Shown piece after piece: positions 17,915-27,187 of a stretch of DNA of 64,000 nt (its first letter is position 1; each line of letters opens with the position of its first letter). This DNA is from Deltaproteobacteria bacterium. Lineage in GTDB: Bacteria > Myxococcota_A > Polyangia > Polyangiales > Houyiibacteriaceae. The translations under genes were made by a program, and so were the position numbers. The DNA is taken from positions 142,014 to 206,013 of the forward strand of contig JAEPMI010000004.1 of NCBI GenBank assembly GCA_017644045.1, read 5' to 3'. Under the pieces are notes generated by a model that was not told the DNA's origin, made no database searches, and saw only the letters and a list, made by a program, of their open reading frames with translations.

Positions 17915-18423
17915 CGGTTCACCGCCACGGTGAAGGCGCAGTCGTCGGCGCCCATGGCGAAACACCGGCTCTCGGTGACCACGACCGCTGCGGGGTCGAC
18001 CGAGTGTGCGACGGCGAAGGCCCCCGCGATGAAGCCGGCCGGGAAGAAGCACGCCGGCGTCTCTCTCGGTCCACGAGTCGCGAGCCACCCCATGGCGTAG
18101 TGCGAGTGCGGTGAGACGGCCTCTCCCCCGTCCGGCCCCAAGGCCCCGAGCGAGAGCGCTCCGAACCCGAGCTCGGCGAAGAGCTGCTCGGCCCGCTGGA
18201 GCAAATCGGCCCCCGTGGCTCCGTCGGCGATGGCTCGAAGCTGCGGGGAGACGGTGTCGACCGCGGCCTTCGTCAGCACCCCCGGGGCCGCCGAGCCCAT
18301 GCCGTCCTCGATCGCCTCCTGCAGCTGGCAGTTGTAGAAATGACAGTGAAAAACCAGGGACTGACCCCCCAGATGGGTGGTCCCCTTTTCCAATTCTGTC
18401 AGATAATTGAATCCCCCACTCAT
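17911..18423 (-). CDS. V4R (4-vinyl reductase-type) domain protein
   Basis: ORF 17911..18423. FHCHFYNCQLQEAIED...PACFFPAGFIAGAFAVAH...ESRCFAMGADDCAFTV matches V4R domain hallmarks (paired Cys near the C-terminus). Confidence 0.7.
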   Translation of the reverse strand: MSGGFNYLTELEKGTTHLGGQSLVFHCHFYNCQLQEAIEDGMGSAAPGVLTKAAVDTVSPQLRAIADGATGADLLQRAEQLFAELGFGALSLGALGPDGGEAVSPHSHYAMGWLATRGPRETPACFFPAGFIAGAFAVAHSVDPAAVVVTESRCFAMGADDCAFTVAVNR

Positions 18424-18439
18424 ACGTCCCAGGATGGAC

Positions 18440-18455
18440 TAACCCATATGGGTTA
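18440..18455. promoter_or_regulatory. perfect 16-bp palindrome TAACCCATATGGGTTA (candidate operator)
   Basis: Seen directly. Lies 17 nt upstream of the first V4R gene ATG (18423), in the 90-bp divergent region shared with yidD. Confidence 0.5.
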
Positions 18456-18513
18456 AGCAACCCCACATGGACGGTGGCTTGCCGACGACCCCCTCGAACG
18501 CCAGTCTGGCGGG

Positions 18514-18765
18514 GTGCTGCGATGGCTCGCGCTGGCGTTGATTCGCCTCTACTGGTGGACCCTCTCGCCATTGATCGGGCGGGTCTGCATCTACGAGCCG
18601 TCGTGCAGCCGGTACACGGCGGCCTGCATCGAGCGCTTCGGCTTCTTCAAGGGCGGCTGGCTCGGCACCAAGCGCATCTGCCGGTGCCATCCCTTCGCCG
18701 AGGGCGGCTTCGACCCGCCGCCTCCCCTGCCGAGCGACATCGACGCACCGGCCGAGTCCGCCTGA
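18514..18765 (+). CDS. yidD: membrane protein insertion efficiency factor YidD
   Basis: LIRLYWWTLSPLIGRVCIYEPSCSRYTAACIERFGFFKGGWLGTKRICRCHPF is the canonical YidD sequence pattern. GTG start. Confidence 0.92.
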   Translation: MLRWLALALIRLYWWTLSPLIGRVCIYEPSCSRYTAACIERFGFFKGGWLGTKRICRCHPFAEGGFDPPPPLPSDIDAPAESA

Positions 18766-18766
18766 C

Positions 18767-19555
18767 TCAGATCGAGTCGAGGGTCTCGAGGTGCCAGCGC
18801 GGTCCGATGTGGCCACACCCGTCGCGACCGATGTCGACCCGGCCAGGGCAGTCGTCCTCGTCGCCCGCGTCGTTGGCGGGCCCGTTGCCGCACTGGATGT
18901 CGTTGTAGACCGGTCGACCCTCGGAGCCGGGCCCTGGTCCGAGGGCATCGCAGACCTGTCGCACCGTCCGTGAGCCGAAGGGCGTCTCTACCTCGATGTC
19001 GCCGATCGCATGATCGAAGGTCGACTCGCAGTAGCACTCGGCGCCGACCGAATAGCTGTCGCTCCAACCGCTCGCAGGATCGCGACCGACCACGTCATCC
19101 ACACGAACGACGTCCGGGTGAGTGCCCTCGGGTGACACGCAGGCCTCGTCCACGCAGCGCATGCTGATGCAGTCCGTGTCGTCCGCGCACGACCTGCCGT
19201 TCTGACAGCTGTCGCAGCCACCCCCGCAATCGACATCGCTCTCGTCGCCGTTGCGAAGCCCGTCGTCGCATGCGGGCCCGGGCCCGAAGTCCAGACCGCC
19301 ATCGTCCCCTCGTCCGAGGTCGGGACTGACGGCACACGCCATCGTCTGATCGATCTCGACGACGCGACCGTCGCGACAACCGTGGGCGATGTAGCCACAG
19401 CGTCCGTCGACGTCGTCGATCGCTTCCACCCGGCAGACATCGGTGAACGAGCAGGCGTCGCCCACCGACGAGCGCATGCAGGCCTCGGGCCCTTCCTCGG
19501 CGTCTTCGTTGCAGCCGAGCAGAAGCACCACCGACGCGAAGATCACGGCACGCAT
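18767..19555 (-). CDS. Cys-rich secreted lipoprotein
   Basis: Lipobox VVLLLGC. Contains a myxobacterial-style Cys module DGLRNGDESDVDCGGGCDSCQNGRSCADDTDCISMRCVDEAC. The C-terminal domain is unassigned. Confidence 0.75.
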   Translation of the reverse strand: MRAVIFASVVLLLGCNEDAEEGPEACMRSSVGDACSFTDVCRVEAIDDVDGRCGYIAHGCRDGRVVEIDQTMACAVSPDLGRGDDGGLDFGPGPACDDGLRNGDESDVDCGGGCDSCQNGRSCADDTDCISMRCVDEACVSPEGTHPDVVRVDDVVGRDPASGWSDSYSVGAECYCESTFDHAIGDIEVETPFGSRTVRQVCDALGPGPGSEGRPVYNDIQCGNGPANDAGDEDDCPGRVDIGRDGCGHIGPRWHLETLDSI

Positions 19556-19595
19556 GTCGCCATGCTAGCCCATGCATCCGTGCATCGCAGTCGGG

Positions 19596-21887
19596 TCAGC
19601 GGCGCCAGACCTGGCGGGCACGACGGTCGACGGATCGGAGCACGTCCTGGAAGCGCGGTTCGTCGTGGAGCCGTTCGAGGATCGGACATCGACGCAGCCA
19701 GACGACGTCCACCAGCGCGCTCTCGGCCGCGTGCTCGAGCATGGTGAGCGCGCGCTCGGTGTCGTTCGCCGCCGCGAAGACCTCGGTGGCGATCTGGAGG
19801 ATCAACGTCCGGAAGCGGAGGTTCGAGGTCGGAATGCCGTGCACCATCGCCTCCGCGACCGAGGCGTCGCCCTCACCGAGGCCGATGTCGAAGAGCCTGG
19901 CGGTTCGCTCGCCGATGGGCGTCGGCAGCTCGGCGGTCACCTGCCGCCAGTGGCGCGCGGCGTCGGTGTCCCCGCGCCAGAGCCCGGCCCGGAACTGGAG
20001 CCCGGCGAGCGGCAACGTCGGGCCGCCAGCGGCCTCGGTCATGGCGTCGACCCACGATTGGAAGCTCGCCCAGCGCCCCTGCAGCGCATCGAGCCGCGCC
20101 AGCGAGAAGCGCGCGGCGCTCAGCGAGGGGTCGAGCTCGAGCGCGAGCTCCAGCCGCTCCCGACCTTCGCGCTCGCGCCCGGCCTCGATCTGGAGCGCGC
20201 CGAGGTACTGGTGGGCGAACGCCAGCGTCGGCACCAGCTCGAGCGCCTCGGTCGTCGACCGAGCGACCTGGCGAAAGTCCCCGGTCTGTCCCGCGAGCAT
20301 GGCCCGCGCGAGGTGCGTCTCGCCCAGCTTCGGCGCGTCCTCGACCGCGCGCCAGACGTGCTGGGTCGCGCGCTCGGCTCGCTCGCCGTCGGGGTCGGGC
20401 CGCCCCCACCACGCCCGCACGCTGGCCATCGCGAGCGCGGCGATGGCCGGTGCCATCCGGGGCGCGAGCTCGAGGCTCCGCTGCAGGTCCGCTTCGGCGC
20501 GATCGGGCTCGTGCATCACGTCCGCCATCAACCCGCGCCGACCGCGCAGGTAGAGCGACACCGCCTCCTCGGAGGTGCTCCCTCGGTAGTGCGCCGCCTC
20601 CACCTCGAGGCGGAGCGCCTCGGCGACCCGGCGACCCAGCGACTCCTGCAGCGCGAGCACGTCGGAGAAGCGCCCTTCGAAGGGCTCGCTCCAGAGCTGC
20701 ACGCCGGCGGCGTCGCTCAGCCGAGCGCTGAGCCGAACGCGGTCGCCACCGAGCGTGACGGTACCGTCCACCACCGCCGTCGCGCGGAGCTCGCGGGCGA
20801 TGCGTCGCGGGTCCCGCTCGTCCTCGAAGCGCCGCGTCGCGCCGAGCGCCAGGACCTTCAGCCCGCGCGTTCGCGAGAGCACGTCGATGAGCTCCTCGGC
20901 CAGCCCCTCCCCGAGGTAGTCGTGCTCGACCGGCCCTCGATAGCGGAGGGGCAACACGGCCACGGACGGTTGCCCATCGGAGGGCAGCGGCGCGAAGAGA
21001 CTCATCCGTCCCGACGTCGTCTTCAGCGCGCCACCGGAGCCGAGCGCCTCTTCGACCACGGCCGCGGATCGCGGGCGTTCGTTGGGCTCGCGTCGAAGGC
21101 AGCGCATGACGATCTCGGCGAGCGGGTCGGGGATGCTGGCGAGCGAGCGCGGATCCTCCGGCACCTCGTGGAGGAGCCGCTGCGACACCACCGCCATCGG
21201 AGTGGTCCCCTCAAAGGGCGGACGGCCCGTGAGCAGCTCGTAGAGGATGCAACCGAGCGCGTAGAGATCGGTTCGCGCGTCCACCGGCTGACCGGAGACC
21301 TGCTCGGGCGCCATGTAGTGGGGGGTGCCGAGGAGCGCCCCGGTCTCGTGAGTGCGGTCCTGCGTCTCCGCTGCCCGCGCGATGCCGAAGTCGGTGATCC
21401 GGACGCGGCCGTCATCGGCGACGAGCACGTTCGCCGGTTTGAGATCGCGGTGAATCACCCCCGCCTCGTGGGCGGCGTGCAGCCCCGAAGCGATCGCGAC
21501 CCCGATGGGTACGGCCTCCTCCGGTGAGAGCGCGGTGCGGTCTCGGATCACCTCGTCGAGCGGTCGCCCTTCGACGAGCTCCATCGTGAGGAAGTGGAGG
21601 CCGCGATCTTCGCCGAGGTCGTGGGTCCGGACGATGTTCGGGTGGGTGACCTTTCGGCCGAGCTTCACCTCGCGCGAGAAGCGTTCGATGGCAGCGGGGC
21701 TCGTCCGGGCGAGCACCTTGAGCGCGACGTGCTCTCCCAGCGCGCGATCCCAGACGCGGTAGACCGCGCCCATTCCACCCACGCCGAGCAGCCCTTCCAC
21801 TTCGTAGCGCTCGGCGAGGACCTCGCCCTCGCTCAACGTGCGCGTCGTGCTTCCGTTCGCCCCCCCGTCCCGTTCATCGGACGTCAT
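19596..21887 (-). CDS. Ser/Thr protein kinase with C-terminal TPR-like region
   Basis: GVGGMGAVY, VALKVL, HRDLKPANVLV, DFGIA, GTPHYMAPE. Followed by SVAVLPLRY...LGEGLAEELI and helical repeats. Confidence 0.92.
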   Translation of the reverse strand: MTSDERDGGANGSTTRTLSEGEVLAERYEVEGLLGVGGMGAVYRVWDRALGEHVALKVLARTSPAAIERFSREVKLGRKVTHPNIVRTHDLGEDRGLHFLTMELVEGRPLDEVIRDRTALSPEEAVPIGVAIASGLHAAHEAGVIHRDLKPANVLVADDGRVRITDFGIARAAETQDRTHETGALLGTPHYMAPEQVSGQPVDARTDLYALGCILYELLTGRPPFEGTTPMAVVSQRLLHEVPEDPRSLASIPDPLAEIVMRCLRREPNERPRSAAVVEEALGSGGALKTTSGRMSLFAPLPSDGQPSVAVLPLRYRGPVEHDYLGEGLAEELIDVLSRTRGLKVLALGATRRFEDERDPRRIARELRATAVVDGTVTLGGDRVRLSARLSDAAGVQLWSEPFEGRFSDVLALQESLGRRVAEALRLEVEAAHYRGSTSEEAVSLYLRGRRGLMADVMHEPDRAEADLQRSLELAPRMAPAIAALAMASVRAWWGRPDPDGERAERATQHVWRAVEDAPKLGETHLARAMLAGQTGDFRQVARSTTEALELVPTLAFAHQYLGALQIEAGREREGRERLELALELDPSLSAARFSLARLDALQGRWASFQSWVDAMTEAAGGPTLPLAGLQFRAGLWRGDTDAARHWRQVTAELPTPIGERTARLFDIGLGEGDASVAEAMVHGIPTSNLRFRTLILQIATEVFAAANDTERALTMLEHAAESALVDVVWLRRCPILERLHDEPRFQDVLRSVDRRARQVWRR

Positions 21888-21903
21888 GGCGAGGTCCGTG
21901 AGC

Positions 21904-23058
21904 TCAGAACGACGCGCGATAGAGCGTCAGCAAATCCTCCGCGGTGCACTCGCGGGGGTTCAGCTTGTGGCAGACGTCGTCGTAGGCGAGGTTCGCGAGC
22001 CGGGCGAGCCCGTCCTCGGGGATCTCGACCGCTTCGAGGCCATCCGGGAGGCCGACCTTCTTGCGGAGCGCACGGACGGCGCCCGAGCACTCGAAGGCGA
22101 GCGTCTCGGTGTCGTCGCCGCGCGCGCCGAGGATCTTCGCGATCCGGCCGATGCGCTCCGGGACGACGCTGCGGTTGAAGTCGAGCACGGCCGGAAGGCA
22201 GAGCGCGTTCGCGAGGCCGTGGTGGAGGTCGTGCTCCGCGCTCAGCGGATGCGCGAGCGAGTGGCACGCGCCGAGGCCCTTCTGGAACGCGACGGCCCCC
22301 ATGAGCGAGGCCTTGAGCATCTCGCCGCGCGCCTCGAGGTCCTTGCCGTCGTGCACGGCGCGCTCGAGGTACTCGGCGCAGAGCCGGATCCCCTCGAGGG
22401 CGATGGCGTCCGCCATCGGATGATCGCCCTGCGCGCAGTAGGCCTCGATGAGGTGAGTCAGCGCGTCGATGCCGGTCGCCGCGGTCAGCCGCGGGGGCAG
22501 GCTCTCGGTCATCTTCGGATCGAGGATCGCCACGTTGGGCATCAGCTTCGGCGCGAAGATCACCGTCTTCTTGTTGGTCGCCTGAAGCGTGACGACACCG
22601 CTGCGGCCGACCTCGCTGCCGGTTCCGGCGGTCGTGGGGATGGCGACCATCGGCGGCACGTCGTTCACGACCTTGGCATCGCCACCGATCGCATCGTCGT
22701 ACTGTGCCAGGGGCAGCGGATGGGTCGCCGCGAGACGAACGATCTTCGCGACGTCGAGCGGGCTACCGCCACCGACCGCCACCAACAGATCGGACTCGCT
22801 CTTGCGGTAGGCATCGGTCGCGGCGAGCACCTCGGACTCCAGCGGGTTCGAGGAGATCTGGTCGAAGACGTCGCTCTCGATCCCGGCCTCGGAGAGCGCT
22901 TCGGCGAGCGGCTCGATGAGACCCGCGCCCTTGACGCCTTCGTCCGTGACGAAGAGCACCTTCGACCCGCCGAGGCTCTTCACCTCGGCGGCCAGGGCCT
23001 CCGTGGCGAGCCCTTCTCCGAAGAGGATCCGAGTGGGAAAGCTCCACACCGTGGTCAT
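21904..23058 (-). CDS. iron-containing alcohol dehydrogenase
   Basis: Internal Met MTTVWSFPTRILFGEG of ORF 21904..23112. GGGSPLDVAK and the metal-site His cluster CHSLAHPLSAEHDLHHG. Confidence 0.9.
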   Translation of the reverse strand: MTTVWSFPTRILFGEGLATEALAAEVKSLGGSKVLFVTDEGVKGAGLIEPLAEALSEAGIESDVFDQISSNPLESEVLAATDAYRKSESDLLVAVGGGSPLDVAKIVRLAATHPLPLAQYDDAIGGDAKVVNDVPPMVAIPTTAGTGSEVGRSGVVTLQATNKKTVIFAPKLMPNVAILDPKMTESLPPRLTAATGIDALTHLIEAYCAQGDHPMADAIALEGIRLCAEYLERAVHDGKDLEARGEMLKASLMGAVAFQKGLGACHSLAHPLSAEHDLHHGLANALCLPAVLDFNRSVVPERIGRIAKILGARGDDTETLAFECSGAVRALRKKVGLPDGLEAVEIPEDGLARLANLAYDDVCHKLNPRECTAEDLLTLYRASF

Positions 23059-23068
23059 CGACTGCTCC

Positions 23069-24043
23069 TTACTCCGTCCCGACCTCACGCGCCATGAGAG
23101 CCGCCATCGCATCCCTCGGATCGCGGCGGCCTTCGACGACGTCGGCGATCATACCCGCAATCGGGGTCGCCTCGCCGATCTTCCTCGCATGGGCGTTCAC
23201 CCGGCGCGCGATCGTCACGCCCTCGATGTGTGCGCCGGCCGCCTTTCCAGCCTCTTCCAACGAGGCGCCGGTCGCGAGCGCCCGGCCCAGGCGGACCTCC
23301 GGGCGGTCGTCGCCACCGGTCACGGCCAGCAGGTCGCCCTGGCCGGCGAGGCCGTAGAGGGTGGCCGGATCGGCCTGGAGGGTGGGCGCCCAACGCGCCG
23401 CCTCGGCGAGGCCCCGAGTCAGCGCGACGGCGACCGTCGCCGGTGACACACCGAGCTCCTGGCCCATGCCGACGGCGAGGGCGAGGTAGCCGACCACGGC
23501 GGCGGCGATCTCGACGCCCACCACGTCCCGGCTCTCGTAGATGCGCAGCGTGTCGCCACCGATGGCCTCTCGGACGGCGGTGGTGACCTCCGGAAAACGC
23601 GAGCCCACGATCGCGCCGGTCGGCTCCCCCTCGGCGAGCGCCTCCGCGTCGAGCGGGCCCGCGAGCACGCCGACCCGGTGCGCCGCCGTTCGCTGACGCA
23701 GCACGCGCGAGAGGGTCAGCAGGTCGTCACCGATCAGACCGCGGCTGACGTGGACCAGCAGGTGCTCGCCATCGAGGTGCTTGCCGAGCTCCTCGGCGGT
23801 CTCGGGAACGTAGGGCGAGGGCACCGCCAGGAAGAGCAGCTCCGAGCGCCTCAGATCGGCGAGCTCCTGGGTGGTCTCGACCCCCTCGAGCTCGAGGGGG
23901 CGACGACTCCAGAGCTGCGCCTTCCGACCGCAGCGGAGCATCGCCTTCGCGAGCGCCTGGCCGAAACCACCGCCGCCGACGACGCCGACGGGCGGGAGCT
24001 CGCCGGGCGCGGCGGCGGGACCGGTGAGGACGGGCGCGATCAT
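23069..24043 (-). CDS. gpsA: NAD(P)H-dependent glycerol-3-phosphate dehydrogenase
   Basis: Internal Met MIAPVL of ORF 23069..24670. Its ATG overlaps the upstream stop (ATGA 24040-24043). Rossmann motif VVGGGGFGQALA and GpsA block LYGLAGQGDLLAVTGG. Confidence 0.85.
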   Translation of the reverse strand: MIAPVLTGPAAAPGELPPVGVVGGGGFGQALAKAMLRCGRKAQLWSRRPLELEGVETTQELADLRRSELLFLAVPSPYVPETAEELGKHLDGEHLLVHVSRGLIGDDLLTLSRVLRQRTAAHRVGVLAGPLDAEALAEGEPTGAIVGSRFPEVTTAVREAIGGDTLRIYESRDVVGVEIAAAVVGYLALAVGMGQELGVSPATVAVALTRGLAEAARWAPTLQADPATLYGLAGQGDLLAVTGGDDRPEVRLGRALATGASLEEAGKAAGAHIEGVTIARRVNAHARKIGEATPIAGMIADVVEGRRDPRDAMAALMAREVGTE

Positions 24044-25752
24044 CGGGTCACCCCCAGCTGCGCGATCTCGCGCGCGGCGATGGCGTGCTCGCTGCCACAA
24101 ACGTCGACGGCGAAGGGCACGAGGCGGTTCTGGTAGTAGAGGAGCAGGGTCGGATCCTCGGCGACGATCTCCTTGCCCACGTCCTTGGCGGCCATGCGCG
24201 TGTGGTAGCCGTTCCAGACCCGCAGCGCGCGCGCCACGATCGCCTCGGGGTCGGCTTCGGTGAGCCAAGAGTTCAGCCGAACCTCGCCCGCGTCCTGGAG
24301 CTCGGCGAGCCGATCGCGGAGCTCGGCGACCTCCCGCGTGAGGTCCGCCTTGGTCATGGAGACCTCGCCACGCATCCGGAGGCGCGAGAAGAGATCGGCG
24401 CGAGGCGAGTGCGCGACGATCCGGCGCCAGAGCACGTGAGCGACCAGCGCGGTCGACATCAGCACCGTCTCGCGGCGGAAGCGTTCGACGAGCACCTCGC
24501 CGAGATCGCGCGTGTAGGCCGCGTCGCGCGCGTCGTCGAGAGTCGGTCGCCCTCGGCGCCGCACGTAGGACGCGGGGTCGATCGCCTGGCCCCCCGGCGC
24601 GATGGAGCAGCCATCGTCGTCGACCGGGTTGCCGAAGGGGTCGACGGGCTCGCCGAAACGGATCACGCACGCGGCCTGCATGCCGAGCACCTTTCGGAGG
24701 AAGGCCACCCAGCGGTCCAAGCGCGAGAACTCGTCGTCCTCGATGATGTAGCGGGCCCTACCCTCGGCCTTCAGCCAGTCCTCGACCAACGTCTCCGCCT
24801 CGAGCGTGAGCGCGTAGTTGATGGTCGTCGGAACGAAGAAGACCTTCCGGTCGACGCCGCGGGACTGGTTGTGCGCGAAGGCCGAGAGCGCGCTGCCCAT
24901 CAGGCCGAGCTTCAGCTTGTTCTCGATCAGGTTGGACCGGCTCCGCGTGCCGCCCGGAAAGAAGAGCGAGTGGTAGCCGCGCTCGATCATCACCTGCGAA
25001 TAGGTCTTCAGCACGTCCTTGTAGAGGCTGGCGCCGATGCGCCGGTCGACGCGGTAGGCGCCGAGGTTGTGCATGAAGAAGCTGATGATCGGGTTCGTGA
25101 AGAGGTTCTTGCCGGCGCCGTAGACCACCGGCGAGAGCCCGGCCTGCTCGAGCGCGCGGCCGAGCACGATCGAGTCGAGGTTCGACGAGTGGGTCGGCAC
25201 GTAGACCACCGAGCCGACCTGCTGCAGCTCCTTGATCTTCTCCGTCTCGCCCTCGACGGAGAGCAAGCGGTCGAGCACCGTCTGGCCGGCGGTGAGCGCC
25301 TTGGGCATCTGCGAGGGCTGCATCAGCGTCGCGAGGAGCTTCGGCACCGCGCGGATCGCCATCCGATAGACCCGCGGGTCGAAGTTGCCGGCGACGTCCT
25401 CGGCGAAGCGATGGGTCACCTGACGGATCGCCTTTCGCTGCTCGCCTTCGCTCATGCGACCGAGCTGACGGGAGAGCGCGCGCCACTTGCCGAGGTCTCG
25501 GCGCGCCTCGTCGTCGCGCTGCGAGTCGAGGCGTCGCATCTCGGTCATCGCGCAGTCGTTGAGCGCGAGCTCGAGTGAACCGACCGAGCGACCGTGGTCC
25601 TCGGCGACCCGCTCGGCGACCTCGCGGACGATGTCGTCGCGCTCGCCGTTGAACCAGAAGATGGCCGGATCGCTCGCCTGCGGGACGTACGCCTCGATCC
25701 GCGGGAGCCGCGGTCGCTCGACGAACTGGCGGATGGCTTTGGGGACCCTCAC
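24040..25752 (-). CDS. glycerol-3-phosphate acyltransferase-like (PlsB-type, HX4D) enzyme
   Basis: Part of ORF 24040..25839. Acyltransferase blocks PTHSSNLD (HX4D), GAYRVDRR and FFPGGTRSRS. Start placed at GTG 25752-25750, 1 nt after the GS-like stop. Start is uncertain. Confidence 0.8.
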   Translation of the reverse strand: MRVPKAIRQFVERPRLPRIEAYVPQASDPAIFWFNGERDDIVREVAERVAEDHGRSVGSLELALNDCAMTEMRRLDSQRDDEARRDLGKWRALSRQLGRMSEGEQRKAIRQVTHRFAEDVAGNFDPRVYRMAIRAVPKLLATLMQPSQMPKALTAGQTVLDRLLSVEGETEKIKELQQVGSVVYVPTHSSNLDSIVLGRALEQAGLSPVVYGAGKNLFTNPIISFFMHNLGAYRVDRRIGASLYKDVLKTYSQVMIERGYHSLFFPGGTRSRSNLIENKLKLGLMGSALSAFAHNQSRGVDRKVFFVPTTINYALTLEAETLVEDWLKAEGRARYIIEDDEFSRLDRWVAFLRKVLGMQAACVIRFGEPVDPFGNPVDDDGCSIAPGGQAIDPASYVRRRGRPTLDDARDAAYTRDLGEVLVERFRRETVLMSTALVAHVLWRRIVAHSPRADLFSRLRMRGEVSMTKADLTREVAELRDRLAELQDAGEVRLNSWLTEADPEAIVARALRVWNGYHTRMAAKDVGKEIVAEDPTLLLYYQNRLVPFAVDVCGSEHAIAAREIAQLGVTR

Positions 25753-25753
25753 G

Positions 25754-27133
25754 TCACACCGACTCGAAGTAGCGGGCGAGCTCCCAATCCGTGACCGCCT
25801 TGCGGGCCTCGCGGACCTCCCAGTCGCAGCGACGCACATAGTGGTCGACGAAGGCCTCGCCGAGGATCGTTCGCGCGACCTCGCTCTCCGCGAGCTTCTG
25901 GGTGGCCTGGTCCAACGTCCGCGGGAGCGGCGCCCCCTGAGCGCCGCTCGCCGTGGCGTCGCCCTTGGTCTCCGGGGGGAGCTCGAGGGCTTCGGTGATG
26001 CCGTGCAGACCGGCGCCGAGCGCCGCCGCCATCGCCACGTAGGCGTTCACGTCCGCGGCCGTCTGGCGCAGCTCCACGCGCGTCGCGCTCTGGCTCCCGG
26101 TGATCACGCGGAGCCCACAGGTCCGGTTCTCGATGCCCCAGCTCGCCGTGAGCGGCGCCCAGAGCCCGGGCACGTAGCGCCGGTAGGTGTTGATGAAGGG
26201 CGAGTAGAGCGCCGTGAGGTCGGGCGCCGTGTGGTAGAGGCCGGCGATGTAGTGCCGTGCCTTGGCGCTCAGACCGTTCGGATCCTTGCCGTCGTAGAAG
26301 AGGTTGGTCTCCTTCTCGGAGTCCCAGAGGCTCTGGTGGATGTGGCCGCTCGACCCGGGCAGCTTCTCGTTCCACTTCGCCATGAAGGTCACCGCCAGCC
26401 CGTGGCGGTGGCAGATCTGCTTCATGGCGGTCTTGAAGAGCACCGCCTTGTCGGCCGCGCGAACGACGTCGTCGTAGAGGATCGCGGCTTCCCAGACGCC
26501 GGGGCCGGTCTCGGTGTGGAAGCCTTCGATCTCGACGTCGTAGGCCTTCATCGTGTCGAGCACGTCGTGGACGAGCTCGGCGTACTGACCCTCGCGCAAC
26601 CAGGAGTAGCCGAACATCCCCGGGCTCAGCGGCGTGAGCCCGCCGAAGCGCTTGGAACGCAGCGACTCGGGCGACTCCTTGAAGATCCACATCTCGAGCT
26701 CGCACGAGAACACGGCGTGGTAGCCGCTGCTCTCCGCGCGCGCCGTGACCTGCTTGAGCAGGTTGCGCGGGCAGGCCGGGTGCGGCTTGCCGTCTGGCGT
26801 GAAGAAGTCGACCAGGAAGTGCGCCGTGTCCGGCTCGTGCGGGTCGACGCGGTAGGTGCTCGGATCGATCTTGGCCAGCGCGTCCGGGTAGCCGCTGTCC
26901 CAGCCGGTCACGGTCGCGTTGTCGTAGAGCTGGTCGGCGATGTCCCAGCCGAAGATCACGTCGCAGAAGCCGAAGCCCTTCTCCAGGGCGGAGAACGCCT
27001 TCGACGGCGCGATGAGCTTGCCGCGAAGGACGCCATCGACGTCCGTGCCTCCGACTTTGACGTGTCGAATGCCGCGCTTCTCGAAGTCCTCGCGAAGGCT
27101 CGCGGCGTCCCAATCCCGGCGCTCGGTGGTCAT
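25754..27133 (-). CDS. glutamine synthetase family protein (gamma-glutamyl ligase-like)
   Basis: 459 aa. GS catalytic-domain blocks FHTETGPGVWE, KWNEKLPGSSGHIHQSLW, NTYRR and ENRTCGLRV. Confidence 0.88.
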   Translation of the reverse strand: MTTERRDWDAASLREDFEKRGIRHVKVGGTDVDGVLRGKLIAPSKAFSALEKGFGFCDVIFGWDIADQLYDNATVTGWDSGYPDALAKIDPSTYRVDPHEPDTAHFLVDFFTPDGKPHPACPRNLLKQVTARAESSGYHAVFSCELEMWIFKESPESLRSKRFGGLTPLSPGMFGYSWLREGQYAELVHDVLDTMKAYDVEIEGFHTETGPGVWEAAILYDDVVRAADKAVLFKTAMKQICHRHGLAVTFMAKWNEKLPGSSGHIHQSLWDSEKETNLFYDGKDPNGLSAKARHYIAGLYHTAPDLTALYSPFINTYRRYVPGLWAPLTASWGIENRTCGLRVITGSQSATRVELRQTAADVNAYVAMAAALGAGLHGITEALELPPETKGDATASGAQGAPLPRTLDQATQKLAESEVARTILGEAFVDHYVRRCDWEVREARKAVTDWELARYFESV

Positions 27134-27187
27134 CGCCCGCGAGCATACACGCCCGAGCGGGGGTCGTGTTCCGTCCGATACCGGGTG

